Part shown: positions 26,461 through 40,211 of the stretch, piece after piece
Layout: every line of letters begins with the position of its first letter
Position numbering within the stretch: position 1 is the first letter of the stretch
Source: Sphagnum compactum
Lineage: Eukaryota
DNA length: 64,000 nucleotides
Direction: 5' to 3'
NCBI GenBank assembly: GCA_965153455.1
Contig: OZ234493.1
Coordinates: 27,394,213-27,458,212 of the forward strand
The notes under the pieces: generated by a model
What the model was told of the DNA's origin: nothing
Database searches by the model: none
The model's input: only the letters and a program-made list of their open reading frames with translations
Made by a program: the position numbers and the translations under genes

Positions 26461-27639
26461 GTGCTAAAACAAAAACTTAGTTATAACTCCATAACATTAG
26501 ATTAATCTCTTGTGTTTCAAGAAAACTCACATGCAAATTGCAAGAATCCAAGATCAAAATACAAAAAACAAAAATCATTTGATTTTCCTTATGTGATTTA
26601 AAATCTCAAAACAAAAAAGATAAAATTATAAACCATAACATGATAAAAACCCTTCAAACACAAAAAAATCAAAATTATATTCGCATTAAATTAAAGTTCC
26701 AACCACAAACTAGAAGAAACTAGAAGAAACTAATGACTTGCTAGCAATAGGTAACAAATTGCAAACAAATATGACTATTTGGAGGTTGGGAGTTAAAAGT
26801 TCATAAAACATGTACAAATTGGAAATAGGAGTTTTCATTTAAATTTTTCCTTTGGTTACCTACATTGAGAGCCATGCATGATAGCAAATATAGTATAATA
26901 GTGTCAAATGTTTTTGATTTGTAAAGTACATGATCCATTTTCATGAGTTTTGAGATTGAATTGTAGAAAGCCTTTATATGAAGCTACAATGAAGGTTGGG
27001 GTTCTGGTAATGTTTGTTGGTCAAGTACAAGGTTTGGATGGTTACGTTTGTAGTCACTTGCTCAATTGTTCTCCTCTAGGGTAGATAGGCCAATGACTGA
27101 ACATATAAGGACTTAGTGAATAAGTGTGTGCTAAATGTTGATTTTTTGGGGTTGGGGTCTGAAAAAAAGTTGTGCCCCATCTTTAAATGTTTAGATTGTG
27201 TATTTTGGTCAAGGAATGACCAAGATATGTTCCCCCAAATGAAGGGGGGGTCCACTTGCTAGAAAAGATCTAGAATAAACATTTATCACCTTAATAACCA
27301 AACATGTTTCACCTTATAAAAGAGGTGTCAACAACTAAAATGTGGACAAATTTTGACCCTTGATCAAATGGGATGGGAATGAAATCTATTGGATACATTA
27401 TGCAAAAAGGTTCACCATACATCTACTATTAAAATCGACGTTCACAAAAAAAAGAAAAAATCACATACAAAAGCTTATGTGTGTTAACCTTAAATTTCCA
27501 CACGATGCCACACACCACTTTGGGTTTCAAGAGGCCTTCATCATAATCTTCATAACCTAAACACTCAAATGTGGGTCCGACTCCTCCTTCCATCACAGTC
27601 CTCCTTTTGATCATCATCAGATGTGGGCTCAAATGTGGA

Positions 27640-27950
27640 CCCAACTTTGTTGTTGTGTTCTTGATCATGTTCATCCTTCTCTACATCTAGTTTTTAGCTT
27701 TTGGTTCATCTTAGCTTTTCCTGGCTCCTCGTTCCTCTTCGTTTAATTGGTTCGTGACCTTGATCGTGTTCGTCCTCCTCTACCTCTTGGTTTTCAATTC
27801 CTAATGGTTCTTCCTAGTTCACGATCTTAATCGTGTTTGTCCTCCTTTGGTTCCTAGCTTTTGGTTCTTCTTGGTTCTCTTGGGTCATGATCTTGATCGT
27901 GTTTGTCCAGTTCTTGGTTCTTGGTTCCTAATTCCTTCCTAGTTCCTACT
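27640..27950. repeat. Degenerate low-complexity tandem repeat (TGATC(A/G)TGTT(C/T)(A/G)TCC...GGTTC core)
   Basis: The core recurs near 27661, 27760, 27827 and 27892 with pyrimidine-rich spacers. Confidence 0.65.
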
Positions 27951-29579
27951 AGTTCTCCCCCAATCTCCCCTGAGTTTTGATCTTCTTCATGTTCAACCCT
28001 TCTAGTCTCAATCCCTAGCCTATCCTCTAACCCCTCCCTTCCCTTCCTTCAAAATTGGCTCTTTTAAAGCAAATTGTTGTAATTTTGTTGCAACATTCCC
28101 CTTTGCTTTTACCCTTGTTTTTTTATGTGTTGCTTTTGAAATCCCAAGGTTCACACCCTTGTAGCATAAGGGATGCGCCCTTAAACCCATTGCAAAATTC
28201 TATTGAAACCTATCCCCTACCTTTCTTACTATAGTTATAAACCAAGCTGACATGAAATTTGTTCTTGCATGTTTTTTTAACAACTTTTGAGTTGTTCTTT
28301 CAACTACATTGAGGGAATCAACAACTTGGTCCTCCCTGTCCTTCTATTTTTGTTGTCTGATTTCTTTTGCTACTTTTTGGTTTAGTGTTTTTTGATGTAG
28401 AATGTTTGAATACTTAGTAGAGGTCATAACATTTGATTGGTTGTAGTCAACCAATGAATTTTTTCCCCTTGTTCTTTTTATAAACAAGCGTGGTAAGGAC
28501 AACAAATTAAAAAGAGTTGGGACATTCTACAAATTGATAAGAGATGGGACATCTTGCATTATAATTGGTAAATTTCTAACTTGTCGCATTCCACAAGTAA
28601 GTTCAATTAGATCAATGGACAATCCATGCACATCTTTTAATAGACTAATTTTAGGATTGTCATTAGCATTTGTAAATACATCCACATAATACCTTACATT
28701 TGGGTGTTCCTCCCTTCAAATTTTGTTCTAGCATCTTTTCTTATTGCTATACTTAGCAATTGTGTAACAATTGGGTGAAAGCACATTACAGTGACCCCCT
28801 TTGGGGCACTTTTGGGTTTAGTATTATAACACATATAATATAATTATTCCAAAAGCATGGTACATTTTATTTTGGGTATCAATTTTGGTTTTTGGGCCCT
28901 ACAATACTTATTTTTACAAAACTAATGTTATGTAATACTATTTTAATAATAATAATAAATTTCATTATTTATATTGAAAGATCGTTGAGTATATTTATAG
29001 TTTACATTGGTATAATAAGGCCATAGTCTCGTTTTGATTACATTAACTTTAAGGTTTCATTAGTCATTAAAATAATCAATTTTAAAACTAAAAAAATGGC
29101 CCATCTAACTATGCTTGTCATCTTTTATTTGAATGTGATTACTTATCAAAATTTCAATTTATTACACATTTATCGCACTTTTGCTCAAAAAACTCATTTT
29201 TCGAGATGAAAATTTTCAAATTAATCACATGTTATCCCGATACAGTTCATATTATGTGAAATGACATGGTTCAATATACCTTCAACTTTCATAAAGGTTG
29301 AAAATCATTTAAATTGTTTTTAGAGTATATTTGTGGTTTTGAGTGCATAGGTACACTACATTCGTTTCCACAAATATATTTCAATCTCCCACTTTATAAA
29401 ATGAAATGAAATATTTTCTTGTCTAATCTCTTGCCTAGGTTATATTCTAACATAATATGCAAAAAAATTGTGAACATTTTTCGAAAATTTGAAGTAGGAT
29501 ACACTCAAACATGCACATCCTTGGAAAGTAATACAATGTGACACCTCAAAAAGGGTCACCATAGTGTGCACCCAGCTCC

Positions 29580-30800
29580 ATCTTCCCCTAATTAATCTTC
29601 ATCTACTACATAATCATAATTAGTAGTGTCATCATTTGAGATCTTGGGGCTAGGTTTTGTTGTGTATACATCACTTGGTTTGGTCTTGTCATCCATTACC
29701 TTGGGATTGAGTGGCCATATTCCTATAGCTTTAAACATGTTCTTGATGTTCTTTGTGGTGAGTGTGTACTCCAAAACCTTGTCCACCCACCCAGCTAATG
29801 TGCATTTTTCTGGTTCACATTGATTTTTTTTACCATTGCATTATCTTTCTATTTCATGAAAGCAATTTTGAAAGGTTTAAAGCAATTCACATTTAGGGGT
29901 TGCAAGGCATGGGACCTAAACCAATGTTTAGAAAGCAATGTAGTCATGTCTAACCTAAATGTTTGAGCTTGTTTTATTGCTTTTAAAGCAACATGTGAAC
30001 CATGACCGTCTAGAATTAATAGGTATCTATTAGAATGTGAGATGCCACCTAGAACTAAGTTTTTGAAGAATGATATAAATCCCTTGAATAGGAATGCTTT
30101 CATCCACGCCTTGTTCTACATTCCATGCAAGTCCATGTTTTACATTCCTTGATGTAATCATCTCTAAACCATTCACCTCTAAAAATATAGGAACTTGGTA
30201 GGCAACCCTTTGTTGCATTGATGACACAATTTATCGTCAACCATTTTTTTGACCTTGGAAAAGTGTTGTGAGCCTTTTTTAGCTAGAACTTTTGCACTAA
30301 TTGTTTCCCACCCTAAATTCTAGTTTCATTTGAATTCCAAATGTGATTTTGACTATATTTCTGTTGATTGTATAATGTTTCAAAACTTTGGTAAAAGGAG
30401 TTGGATGACTAACTTGTTAGACTTATGCCTTGCAAACTTGTAGTCCTTCTACAAGTTTAATGTTTGGTTCTGGATGTCAATGTTTGAACTAATAGCACCA
30501 AGAATTCCTTGGAATTCCATTTGTGAAAGGGGTTGGTCTGGTTTGGTTAAGTTTTGCCACCTTCATTTTGAGCTATTGCAAGGCAATTGAAAGTCCACAC
30601 TATTGCATGCCAAATATCCAAGCCACCATTGTTGCATCCTATTCATTTGTTAATATACCTTGTGGTCAAACCTTCCTTGATCTTGTCTTGCCATTCAAAG
30701 AGAAATTAGAGGTATGTGCCAATGCTAATTGGCCCTTTTCATTGGAAAATGCCCTCTTTTTGTTGCATCCATTGCTTTTTCCAAAGTCTCTATTGTCCAT
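29580..30800 (-). mobile_element. Decayed pogo/Tc1-mariner superfamily transposase (DDE_1 / CENP-B type)
   Basis: ORF fragments RYLLILDGHGSHV and SHALQPLNVNCFKPFK (29849-30103) and KNIKNMFKAIGIWPLNP (29592-29786) are hallmark DDE_1 motifs. Frameshifted and stop-ridden; the 5' limit is approximate. Confidence 0.88.
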
Positions 30801-33267
30801 GTGCCCTTTGGGTGTAGATGAGGAGTCATGTTAAGTTTTCTTGCCCTATTTATTTGTGCTATTGGTGCAGGCAAGATGTTTTTTGCAGGGCGAAAGCACA
30901 CTACAAGGGGGGGGACAAAAATGTTATTACATTATACTGTTTTTTAAGGGTGCCATATTTGAACTTCAACCATGTCGTTATTATGAAGGATTATCACAAT
31001 GGTTTTGCATATTATGGTAGGTCAGAACCAAATAAATCGAATTCCAAAAAAAAATTTAAATTTAATATGATGTGATGTTAGAGTATAAATTTGTGCCAAA
31101 AAAAAATGTCACAATGTACTAAAAAATGAAAATATATTAAAAAATGATTGAAATGATTTTTAGTTTTTATGCTGAAATTTGTAATATCAATTAACATTAT
31201 GATTCTATATGCTGAAATAAGTTTGTGAGCCATATGAAATAATTTGATAATTATCATATCACAAATGGGTGTTTTTGGGGGTGACAACCATAAATATGTG
31301 ATAAATTAACATTTTGACAAACTATCATTTTTAAATGGAAGATGACAAGATATGTGAGGTGGGTCATTTTTAAAATTTTCATTTCAAACATTTTTTGGTT
31401 AATTAATTTCAAACCCCAACTTAGTGCAATCCAAAAATAGAAACATTCTCTATTATATTATATATACCATACATTGGAAAAAATGTGTTAGTTCTGGATA
31501 ATTCAAAAGATCATGATCCTTTAAAACACTACTAGAAGAAATAATGTCATAAAAGTGTTGGAAGTCTTCCCATTCTAACACGATGTTTTCAATTGATGTG
31601 CAGGTTGTCGGAATGTATTTCAAGTTGTGACTAGCTCCAACCCCTTGAAATTTGCGAGAATTAGTTGAATTTGTTCTCCTTACTACTCTTGAAGCTACAA
31701 ATTTTTTAATCCAACGATAGTAAAGGAATTTCTTGTACTTTGATGTGTAGAGTTGATCTACATAAGCAATTCTGGTTTTTTCATTTGAGTCTATTGAATT
31801 TTGAGATTGCTCACATTTTTTTAGCCTAATCTATGATGAGCTACCTTCACCTTTTTTGTTCACATGTTCTACACTATGTGCAGATTTTAGATCAACTTCC
31901 CTTTCACCCACTAGAGACTACAAACTTGCTTTTACTTCTAGTCTAATTTTTTCAATCACATGTCCTCCAATCTTTGTAGAATTTCGATCATCCTTCTCAT
32001 CTACTTATCTCTCAAACATTTTGCAGCATAAACTAATAGCTCTAGGAATTCTTGAAAGAAATCTTCAGTACTTTGTGAAAGCTCATACATTCTAGAAAGT
32101 TGTTGCAAAGTTTGAAAAACTGGAATATGTACTCAAATGCATGGCTCCTTGCTTCTAACTTCTACATAGCTACATGGTTTTGGTGGGAATCCAAATTGTA
32201 TTTGCATCGTTTGAAGGAAGTAATTAAGATGTTTTGTCTTGTGCGCTCCAAAATCGCTACTTTAGAATTAAGTTTTAGTGTTTGTAAGTGCATTCAAAAT
32301 GTTGGGGGATTTTAAACCTCAAGTCCTTTAAAACTGCATTAAACTTGTTTCATTACTTTTCAATTTATAATGTACATTGTGTATTTGTTTTGAACTTTTG
32401 GTGCAACCTTACTCCTTTAACCGAACAATCGTTAGTCTAAGTGGGAGTGACTAGAGCCCAAAGTGGCATTCTTTTATTTTTGAACCATTCAGCTTGGTAC
32501 TTTGAATGGGGCTGGTTTTTCCCCATCACAAAACACTTTTAAAATTTTATTGGCTATAGATGAGTGTCCGTAGTGCCTGACTTTTTCCCCATCATAGAAC
32601 ATGTTGGTACAAATGAGTGCTCTACTAACTTAACTTTTTCTCATAACCGACCACAAAAATCTCCATCCTATGGAAAGTGGTTAAAAAAGGCCAAACAAAA
32701 AAAAAACATTTCACCAAGTGTTTGGTAATGGGGTTTTAAAAAACAATTATGGGTGTAAAGTTTGTTGATCATAGGCATATGCTCAAACTATTGGCCCGAT
32801 CGATCACTAGCCAATGTTCGGTGATAGGTTGCTCTATCCTAGTGCTTTCATGAAAAATTGGATACCTTTGATTCAAAGGTCCATTGACCCAAGGACTACA
32901 CAGCATATGAGGAACTATGAAGGCTAAATGGGAACTAATAATAATCATTGGGCACTCGGTGAGAACATGGGAATACATTTGGGAACACCAATTTTTCAAA
33001 GAATCCCATTTGTCATCCCCCACCCCTTTCCCCGAAAAGGAAAAAAAAAACTTAGCCTCTTGGGTGCATTTTGCCTTACCTCATTGGCTGGGAAGGATTT
33101 CTAATTTTTAATTGTGAAATTGTCACCAATTTTGGCCTACACTAATGATAGGGCCATGAATTGCATGGACATGGTTGGCCTTTACTAGTGTCTATCACAT
33201 TCAAAACAATGTGTCAATGAAATTATTTTCTCATCCGTCGTCCACAAACATGAAATATTGGACACAC

Positions 33268-33268
<1 letters not shown>

Positions 33269-33302
<34 letters not shown>
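33269..33302. repeat. (GA)n microsatellite
   Basis: Directly visible. Confidence 0.9.
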
Positions 33303-33303
<1 letters not shown>

Positions 33304-36300
33304 AAGGATCAATTAAGTGTTACCACATGGGGCAATCATTTATGAAAAATCAATCAATGTGAATTCATATTTTTTTATTGACCTTTTTTGAAGGGTAGGT
33401 GCAAAATTCACAAATTCCCAAACTCAATTTCACACCATTTGATTTGAAGATTGAAACTTCATCCAAATTATCCCATTTTACAGGCTTATTTAATTGTATA
33501 TAAGATCTTTTGAAATTCATCCTTTTAGACTTTTGTGCATGGCCAGGCAAGCTTCAGAATGATAGACAATTCCAAGCTTACAACTTCCAAGTTCATAATA
33601 TTTTGGTCGAATGAAATGGATGATAAAACAGGAGAATATATAGACTATATATATATATATATATGTAATTAATTGAAGAACACATGAGGAACACAATAGG
33701 AACAGAATTGGGAACAATATTAGGAACAATATAAAGATCATGTGGAGGAACAAAACCCTAAATTCAAAAAATCTTCCAAACAAATTTGTTTGGCAATATT
33801 GTGACGATATACCATAGCCTAGGGTCAGTTTCCACATTTACAAAACGAATAATAATAATTTTTCAAAAAATTAATTTATTTTTTTAAAAATTGAAATTAT
33901 TGAATTTTCCATGATCTATTATGATATTGTCTTATGAGTAGTCAAAGTGTAACCTATGATAATTATGGTGATTTTTTCAGCATGTCAACTTCATATTTTC
34001 ACGAAAAATCATTTCACTATTTTGAGGATTACTTAATGGTAAGGTACCTAGTAACAACATAAAAGAACTTGTAATTTGAAGGCCAAAGAAAGGCCAAAAG
34101 ATGAATGGCCCGAAAAAAAGGGAGAGAGCTAGTCCCTCTCCAACAACAATATATTTATATTGGCATTTTGCCATCAAACGTTGACTACCCAACAAATATT
34201 TTTTAGGAATCTCTTGATACTGCCAAAGTGATGATTGTCCCCTAAGAAGAGTTAGCCATATTTGGCTATAGGTTAGACATCAAGTGCAAGTCTTTAATCA
34301 TCCTTCTATATATTTTTGGCTACACAATGAAAACCACATATACAAATCTTGTGACTTTTACTTTTGTTTCCCTCACTTTTGGCAACTGAAAACCACCAAA
34401 ATCACTTCTTGTAGAAGTGAATTTTCAGTTTTGCTTTTTGGTGAAGTTTTCACTTGTAAAAAAGAACTATGAGTGGAACTCATCTCATCATTAGGCAAGA
34501 CTCACACTTCATGTTGAACACTTATGCTCCAATGATGGGTGGTTCCTATGAATGGTACTAGATAACTAGTGGTTGTCAAGGTGATTTTTTCACAACATAT
34601 GTTTTTTTTAAAATTCAAATAATCATTTTTGTTAAATAACCATGGTTCTCAAACAAGCAACCAAAAGGATGGATGGTTCATAAAGTTTTCAACCAAAATT
34701 GGATCATGAGTTCGCATGTATTTGACCACGGCTCAAACTCTTATGGGAAATGTTTTTCTCTTTATAATATATTCTGTAACCTCCCATGGGAACTACATCA
34801 AAATGACAAATCCTCAAAATCCCTTTCCTAAAGGATCAAGATTTTGTGACCATGAGAGATTTTGTGACTACGAGGGCCAATAACTTTTTGGCAATGTAAC
34901 CAACTAAAACATGCAAGGCCATTTTATTATAATCTTTATCCAAAGTTTCAAGTTTTCAATGGGTCATGGTTTTTGTTTCAAAAACATATTCAATTGGAGT
35001 GGCTAGGAGTCATCTAAGCATTACGTGTATCTTCAGCATTATGTTCTAATTGCTATAACTATCTAAAGACACATTTGGTTTATAGTTATTACATCACATC
35101 ATGTCAAAATGACTTGATGTAACTCTTAGTCATGTCCATTCAAGCTATTCCAAATATATTCTAAAAAATTTCATAGATTTTCAAGGATAATGACATTAAG
35201 ATGTAATTTGAACTAAAAAAGAAAAAACATCACATCATTTTTAACAACTATGTTCTAGTATTTGGCATGTGAGGCCACCATCTTATAACTATCATTTAGA
35301 TCTTTCCAATGATACAAAAATCGTTCAATTTGAACATGTTTTCATCCTTCAAACCCCATTTTAAATAATGATTTCTCATTAGTCCCAACTCCTAAAGTGG
35401 GAATGTAGTTTGAAAGTTTGGGGGAAGTCCTTCCACTTGATTGAAAACGTGTTGCACTTTCTTAATCGTACATTATGCATTATCCTTAGCCCATCTCCTT
35501 TTGTTTTGCCCCAACCTTGATTGCAAGCTCAATACTAAAGTCATGACATTAATAGAAGTAAAATCATAATTCAACACTACTCAAGATGATCATGATCTCT
35601 TTTTTTTTGTTGAAGAAAATATAGTGATTGTTTTAAGTTGAAAACTCCATCAATGTGGATATATATTTCATGTTATATGTTTTCATTGCAATACTTCCAT
35701 CTTATACTTTCATAAAAATAATTCATTGAACCTAATTTTGATCGTCAATGTGCCAAATTTCAAGAACATCTTGACCATGGAATAATTCAAAATCGAGGAC
35801 TAATTTATTACCACACAATTAGTTATAAATTTTGTATTGTAAATTGGATGAAAAGGATAAAATCGACTCAGATTGGGTTCCTAAACTTGATGCTTATCTG
35901 TGTTCATCTTGTAATCCCAATGAACCATGTGATAGTTAAGGGTAAATGGGGGTGAAAGGTCTTTGGGGCTAATCATTTGCAAGGTATTCAAAAGCTTAAA
36001 TAATGGCAACTTTTGGAAACCCACTTATAGATCCCTCATTTTCCTTTCATGGGTTTAGAAATTAAGGCTTATTGAAACTATATCAAACTAATTTTACTAG
36101 ACATGTATCTTTAGCAATTGATCACTCAAATTGTGTTCCAAAGGTAAAATGTAATAGACTATTTTCAATTACTTCAAGAAATTAAAAATTTCACCATTAA
36201 AATGGGCAAGTTCTTTGTGTATTTCAACTACTATGCTCGGAGACAACATCCCCATCCCATTTTGTCCACAACACATAAGAATGATAGTAAGATTCTTAGG

Positions 36301-38621
36301 CTTTAAACAAAAAGGAAATTGAGCTTCAATTTATTTTTTCAAAAGTGCCTGTAAAGAAAACGGGCAACAAGATAGGTAGATATTGATGGAACAATATGAT
36401 AACTTAAGTGCAATAGAGTTTTCTTTTTTTGGGTAAAGTAACTCGAACATGGGGCTAGAACCCTATGTTTGCCCCATTTAGAGGGTGAGATTGAAAACAC
36501 GATGGTAAAAAAATTTACACACTATTGCAATGAGGGGGGCGAAACTCATTTTCACACCCAAACTTGGCATGAAATAAGTAGTTTCATGCTGAGTTGTTGT
36601 GCTTGGACGTCGCAAAACACATGCCTCTTTCATTCATGCTATTGCCATTGTTGCTTGACACCAAAGACGTCATGTTGTTGTGTCATGCGTGCTATTGTGT
36701 GTGGCGCTCCAATGAGCAAGTGAGTTGTTACAAGTCCATAAACAAGTGAGTTGTTGCAAGTGCAAGTGAACGATGCAAAAGTTTGTGCCCTCTCTCCACA
36801 CAATTTTTTTAATTAAAAAGTTTTTAGTGCTTAGTTTGTAGACAACAACAACAAGAGGAGTTTGCAATGGGCAACTCGAGCCCCCCTCCTCTCCACCCCA
36901 TTTTTTTGTTTTATTTTTGTGCTTCGACAAATGACCATGACCACAAACAATCTCATGCCAGGTTTTCCCTTTTTGGTCCCCCTTTTTTTTTATGACTTTG
37001 TGAATGAGGAACAAGAGGGGGATAAGGAACCAAACCACAATCCCATGCCGGGTTTGCCCTCTTTGGTCTGTTTTTTTTTAAGGAATTTGCAGATGAGGAG
37101 CAAGAGGGGATGAGGAACCAAACAGCAGTCCAGAGAGGGGACCAACAGGGCACCACTTTAAGCAAAACTCTAACAGGTACAAAATAATAGTGAAAATGCC
37201 AAAGGATTGATTGGTGATATGAGCTAGTAATTTGTTGTTGACAAATTTTGTCATTTTTTGGACAAAGAAATTGGGATTTTTTTGGATACCTTTTTTTTAC
37301 CCTAGTGTAAATTTGAGTAAATTTGCTCTTTTCTTGGGAAAATTTGGCCGATTTTTTATATTAAAAATTGAAAAAAATTACTCACAGTACTCAAATTTTC
37401 ACTAAATTTTTTTTCCCCAAAAACTTCCCAATTTCTTTGTCAAAAAAATTGGCAAAATTTTGGCAGAAAACAAAAAAAGCTTGAGTTGCATATGATATTA
37501 TAAAATCATATGCTGAAGTTAGTGGAAATGATGAAACTTTGAGTTGAAGGATGACAAGTTACGGCCTACATAATTCAAATTCCGCCTCCATCATTCCTCT
37601 CAAATCCACAACTGCTCAACACTGGTAGGTTTGAAACCCCGAATTTCTTTGATACTTTTTTTTTCCCCCTTTTTTTTTTCCCCCAATAAATCAGAACAGA
37701 CTATGTTACTAACTCTGTGAGATTCTGAGAATATTCTGAAATACTCATGGTTATCAGCAAAATCAAATACCCACCCAACCACGCTGGTAAGTCTGAAATG
37801 ACAAGAGCGGGCAGTTCTTAAATTCTCTCCCTCTTTTGTTTTTTGTTTTTTTTTTCCCCCTTCTTTTTTTCCTTTCAAAACAGCAGAAACCGATTTGCTC
37901 TGCGATTCTGACCCATTCTTTTTTTTTTGAAGGTCTGGAGCCGACGGTTATCATAAAAATACCCGCCCACCACTGGCAGGTGCTAGGTGGGTGCTAGGTA
38001 GGTAGGTAAGAAGAATGGGTACGTAGGTCAGTAGGTAGGCAGGTAAGGAGTAGGGACGCACTTTCGGTGGAGTGTGGAATCGCTGTTGCATCAGTCTTGT
38101 CGTGTAGGAAGGAAGGGAGGAAGGAAGAAGTGCTACACATGAAGACGAAGAAGAGGAGGAGGAGGAAGAGGAGGTCCCAACAAAGGGGCTGTTTCTCTGA
38201 TGAAGAAGAAGAAGAAGGAGAAGAATCTCATCAGCAGCAGCAGCAGTGGCACACATCAATCCTTCGACGCAGTAGTAGTAGTAGTAGTAGTAGACTTGGG
38301 GAATTAGCGGAGCTGCATTAAGGAGGGAAGCAGCAGTTGTAGGAGAGATTTTCCGACATGAGCTTTTGTTGATTTGAGAATGCAGAACTGCAGGTAGTTA
38401 GTTTCTTGTAGGTGGCTTAGCAGATGCGGAGTGAGTCGTCTCTCGATTATCATCAGCTTGATGGGTAGCTAGCTGCCTTGTGAAGTTCGGATGCTGTTGT
38501 AGCTAACGCGTTCGAATGATCGCTGGTGAATGAGAGAAGATCAAGCTCGAGAATTAGCTCGAGAATTGAGTTGCATCTGTGGCTCATGCTGTTGCTGCAG
38601 TGATCGGTGAAGTTCGGATAT

Positions 38622-40211
38622 ATGGGTATTTCATGTAAAGCGCATTCTTCTGGCCAGTTAGTCACCGCGAGTGATTTCATGAAAAGTTCGACTTCTTCCT
38701 GTGCTGCAGAGCTGCAGTGCCCGGCCTCAAAGAAAAAGTCTAGTGTGAAGAAGAATCTTGAGTTGTTCAAATACAAGGATCTGGAGGCAGCAACAGGAGG
38801 CTTTGCGGAGGCGAATCGGATAGGCACATCCAGCTGCCATGGCGAACTGTATAAGGGAAGATTGAGCGATGGAAGGGTGGTGACAGTGAAGAGGCCGTCG
38901 ACATCGTCCAGCCTTGAGCTTGCAGCAGCAGGACGACGGCGGTCGACGTTGTGGCAACAGGATGAAGACGCATTCGAGAACGAAGTGGAGATTCTCACCA
39001 AAGTTTTCAGTAGACGACTAGTGAACTTGCTGGGATACAACCAAGATGCAGCCGGAAAGGTGAAACTCTTGGTGGTGGAGTTTATGGAGAACGCAAGCTT
39101 GCATTCACAGCTTCATACCAAAAGCAGCAGCGATGTCGAGGAGCATCACAGTCGTCCCGCTCCGCCGTCGACGACCACTTTGTTAAGCTGGCCCCTTCGC
39201 GTTCATCTCGCTCTTCAGACGGCGAAAGCTCTCCGTGCTCTTCACTCTTCTTCTCCTCCAATTGTGCACCGCAACATACGCGCAATGAACGTGTTCATAG
39301 ATCGAAACTGGAATGCAAGACTCGGGGAGTTCGGATTTGCTCGCCATGTCTTGCAAGACACAGAAGAAGATTTACTAGTTGCAGCAGCAGCTGCAGTTCC
39401 CAGTCCGCGAAAAACCCATTTGTCTTCCATCCCTGAGAGCATGAGCTGTGAGCCTGCTGCTGAAAGCTGCTACGATCATAAGTCTAACTGCAGAAGCTGT
39501 ACTGCAGATCAGTGCAGTGCCGGCAGCAGCGGATCTGCTGCAACTGTTTTCAGGACGCTTGAGACCGATGTGTTGAGCTTCGGCGTGCTCTTGTTGGAGA
39601 TCATTACTGGGAAGAACGCGATGTCGCAGAATCCGGATTGCAGTTTATCCAGTCTCATCGACTGGGCCTTGCCACTGATCAAGCAGGGAAACACTTTGGC
39701 AATCTGCGATCCTCGGATTCGCCTTCCCCCGCCCTTGTGCATCCCGGCTTTGAACCACATGGCAACCATTGCTGCTCGCTGTTTGCTTCGACCAACGTCT
39801 ACAGGCCGCTCCAGCAGCAGCTTGAAGCAGCAGCAGCAGCAGCCGAGCATGAGTGAAGTGGTGGAAGTGCTCACGAAGGTTAGCAAGCTTATCCCTCTGC
39901 CTCTATGGAATGGTCCTTCTACAAGAGTCGTGAAGTCCTGCATGCCGGATCAACAGACTCAACCCAGCAGCTGCTTTGTCATCGGACTCGACACTCGAGC
40001 CTTGAATTGTAGAATTGGGAGACTCATCAGGTTACCCTTGTGGGTCGGATTCTTGAAAATAAAAAACAAGGAAAACAGCAGCAGCAGCAACAACAACAAC
40101 AACAACAGCAACAAGGCTGTGGTCAAGCTTGCAGGACAAGCTGGGAAATCCATATCTAGTAGCTGCAACTTCATCAAGCTTGCAGGACAAGGTTTGCGAA
40201 TCCATATCTAG
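38622..40211 (+). CDS. Receptor-like cytoplasmic kinase-like protein (At3g51990/At5g23170, CRINKLY4-related type), predicted pseudokinase, 529 aa, intronless
   Basis: First ATG at 38622 gives MGISCKA (Gly2/Cys, acylation-type N-terminus). FKYKDLEAATGGF, VTVKRP, FENEVEIL, LVNLLGY, LLVVEFM, SWPLRVHLALQTA, DVLSFGVLLLEIITG and IAARCL identify an RLK/Pelle kinase domain. Catalytic HRD reads HRN and DFG reads EFG. Confidence 0.88.
   Translation: MGISCKAHSSGQLVTASDFMKSSTSSCAAELQCPASKKKSSVKKNLELFKYKDLEAATGGFAEANRIGTSSCHGELYKGRLSDGRVVTVKRPSTSSSLELAAAGRRRSTLWQQDEDAFENEVEILTKVFSRRLVNLLGYNQDAAGKVKLLVVEFMENASLHSQLHTKSSSDVEEHHSRPAPPSTTTLLSWPLRVHLALQTAKALRALHSSSPPIVHRNIRAMNVFIDRNWNARLGEFGFARHVLQDTEEDLLVAAAAAVPSPRKTHLSSIPESMSCEPAAESCYDHKSNCRSCTADQCSAGSSGSAATVFRTLETDVLSFGVLLLEIITGKNAMSQNPDCSLSSLIDWALPLIKQGNTLAICDPRIRLPPPLCIPALNHMATIAARCLLRPTSTGRSSSSLKQQQQQPSMSEVVEVLTKVSKLIPLPLWNGPSTRVVKSCMPDQQTQPSSCFVIGLDTRALNCRIGRLIRLPLWVGFLKIKNKENSSSSNNNNNNSNKAVVKLAGQAGKSISSSCNFIKLAGQGLRIHI

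Noticed and set aside
31500-32350. Minus-strand decayed ORF-like stretch with a CxxC motif
   Set aside because: No recognisable domain; cannot be supported without a search.
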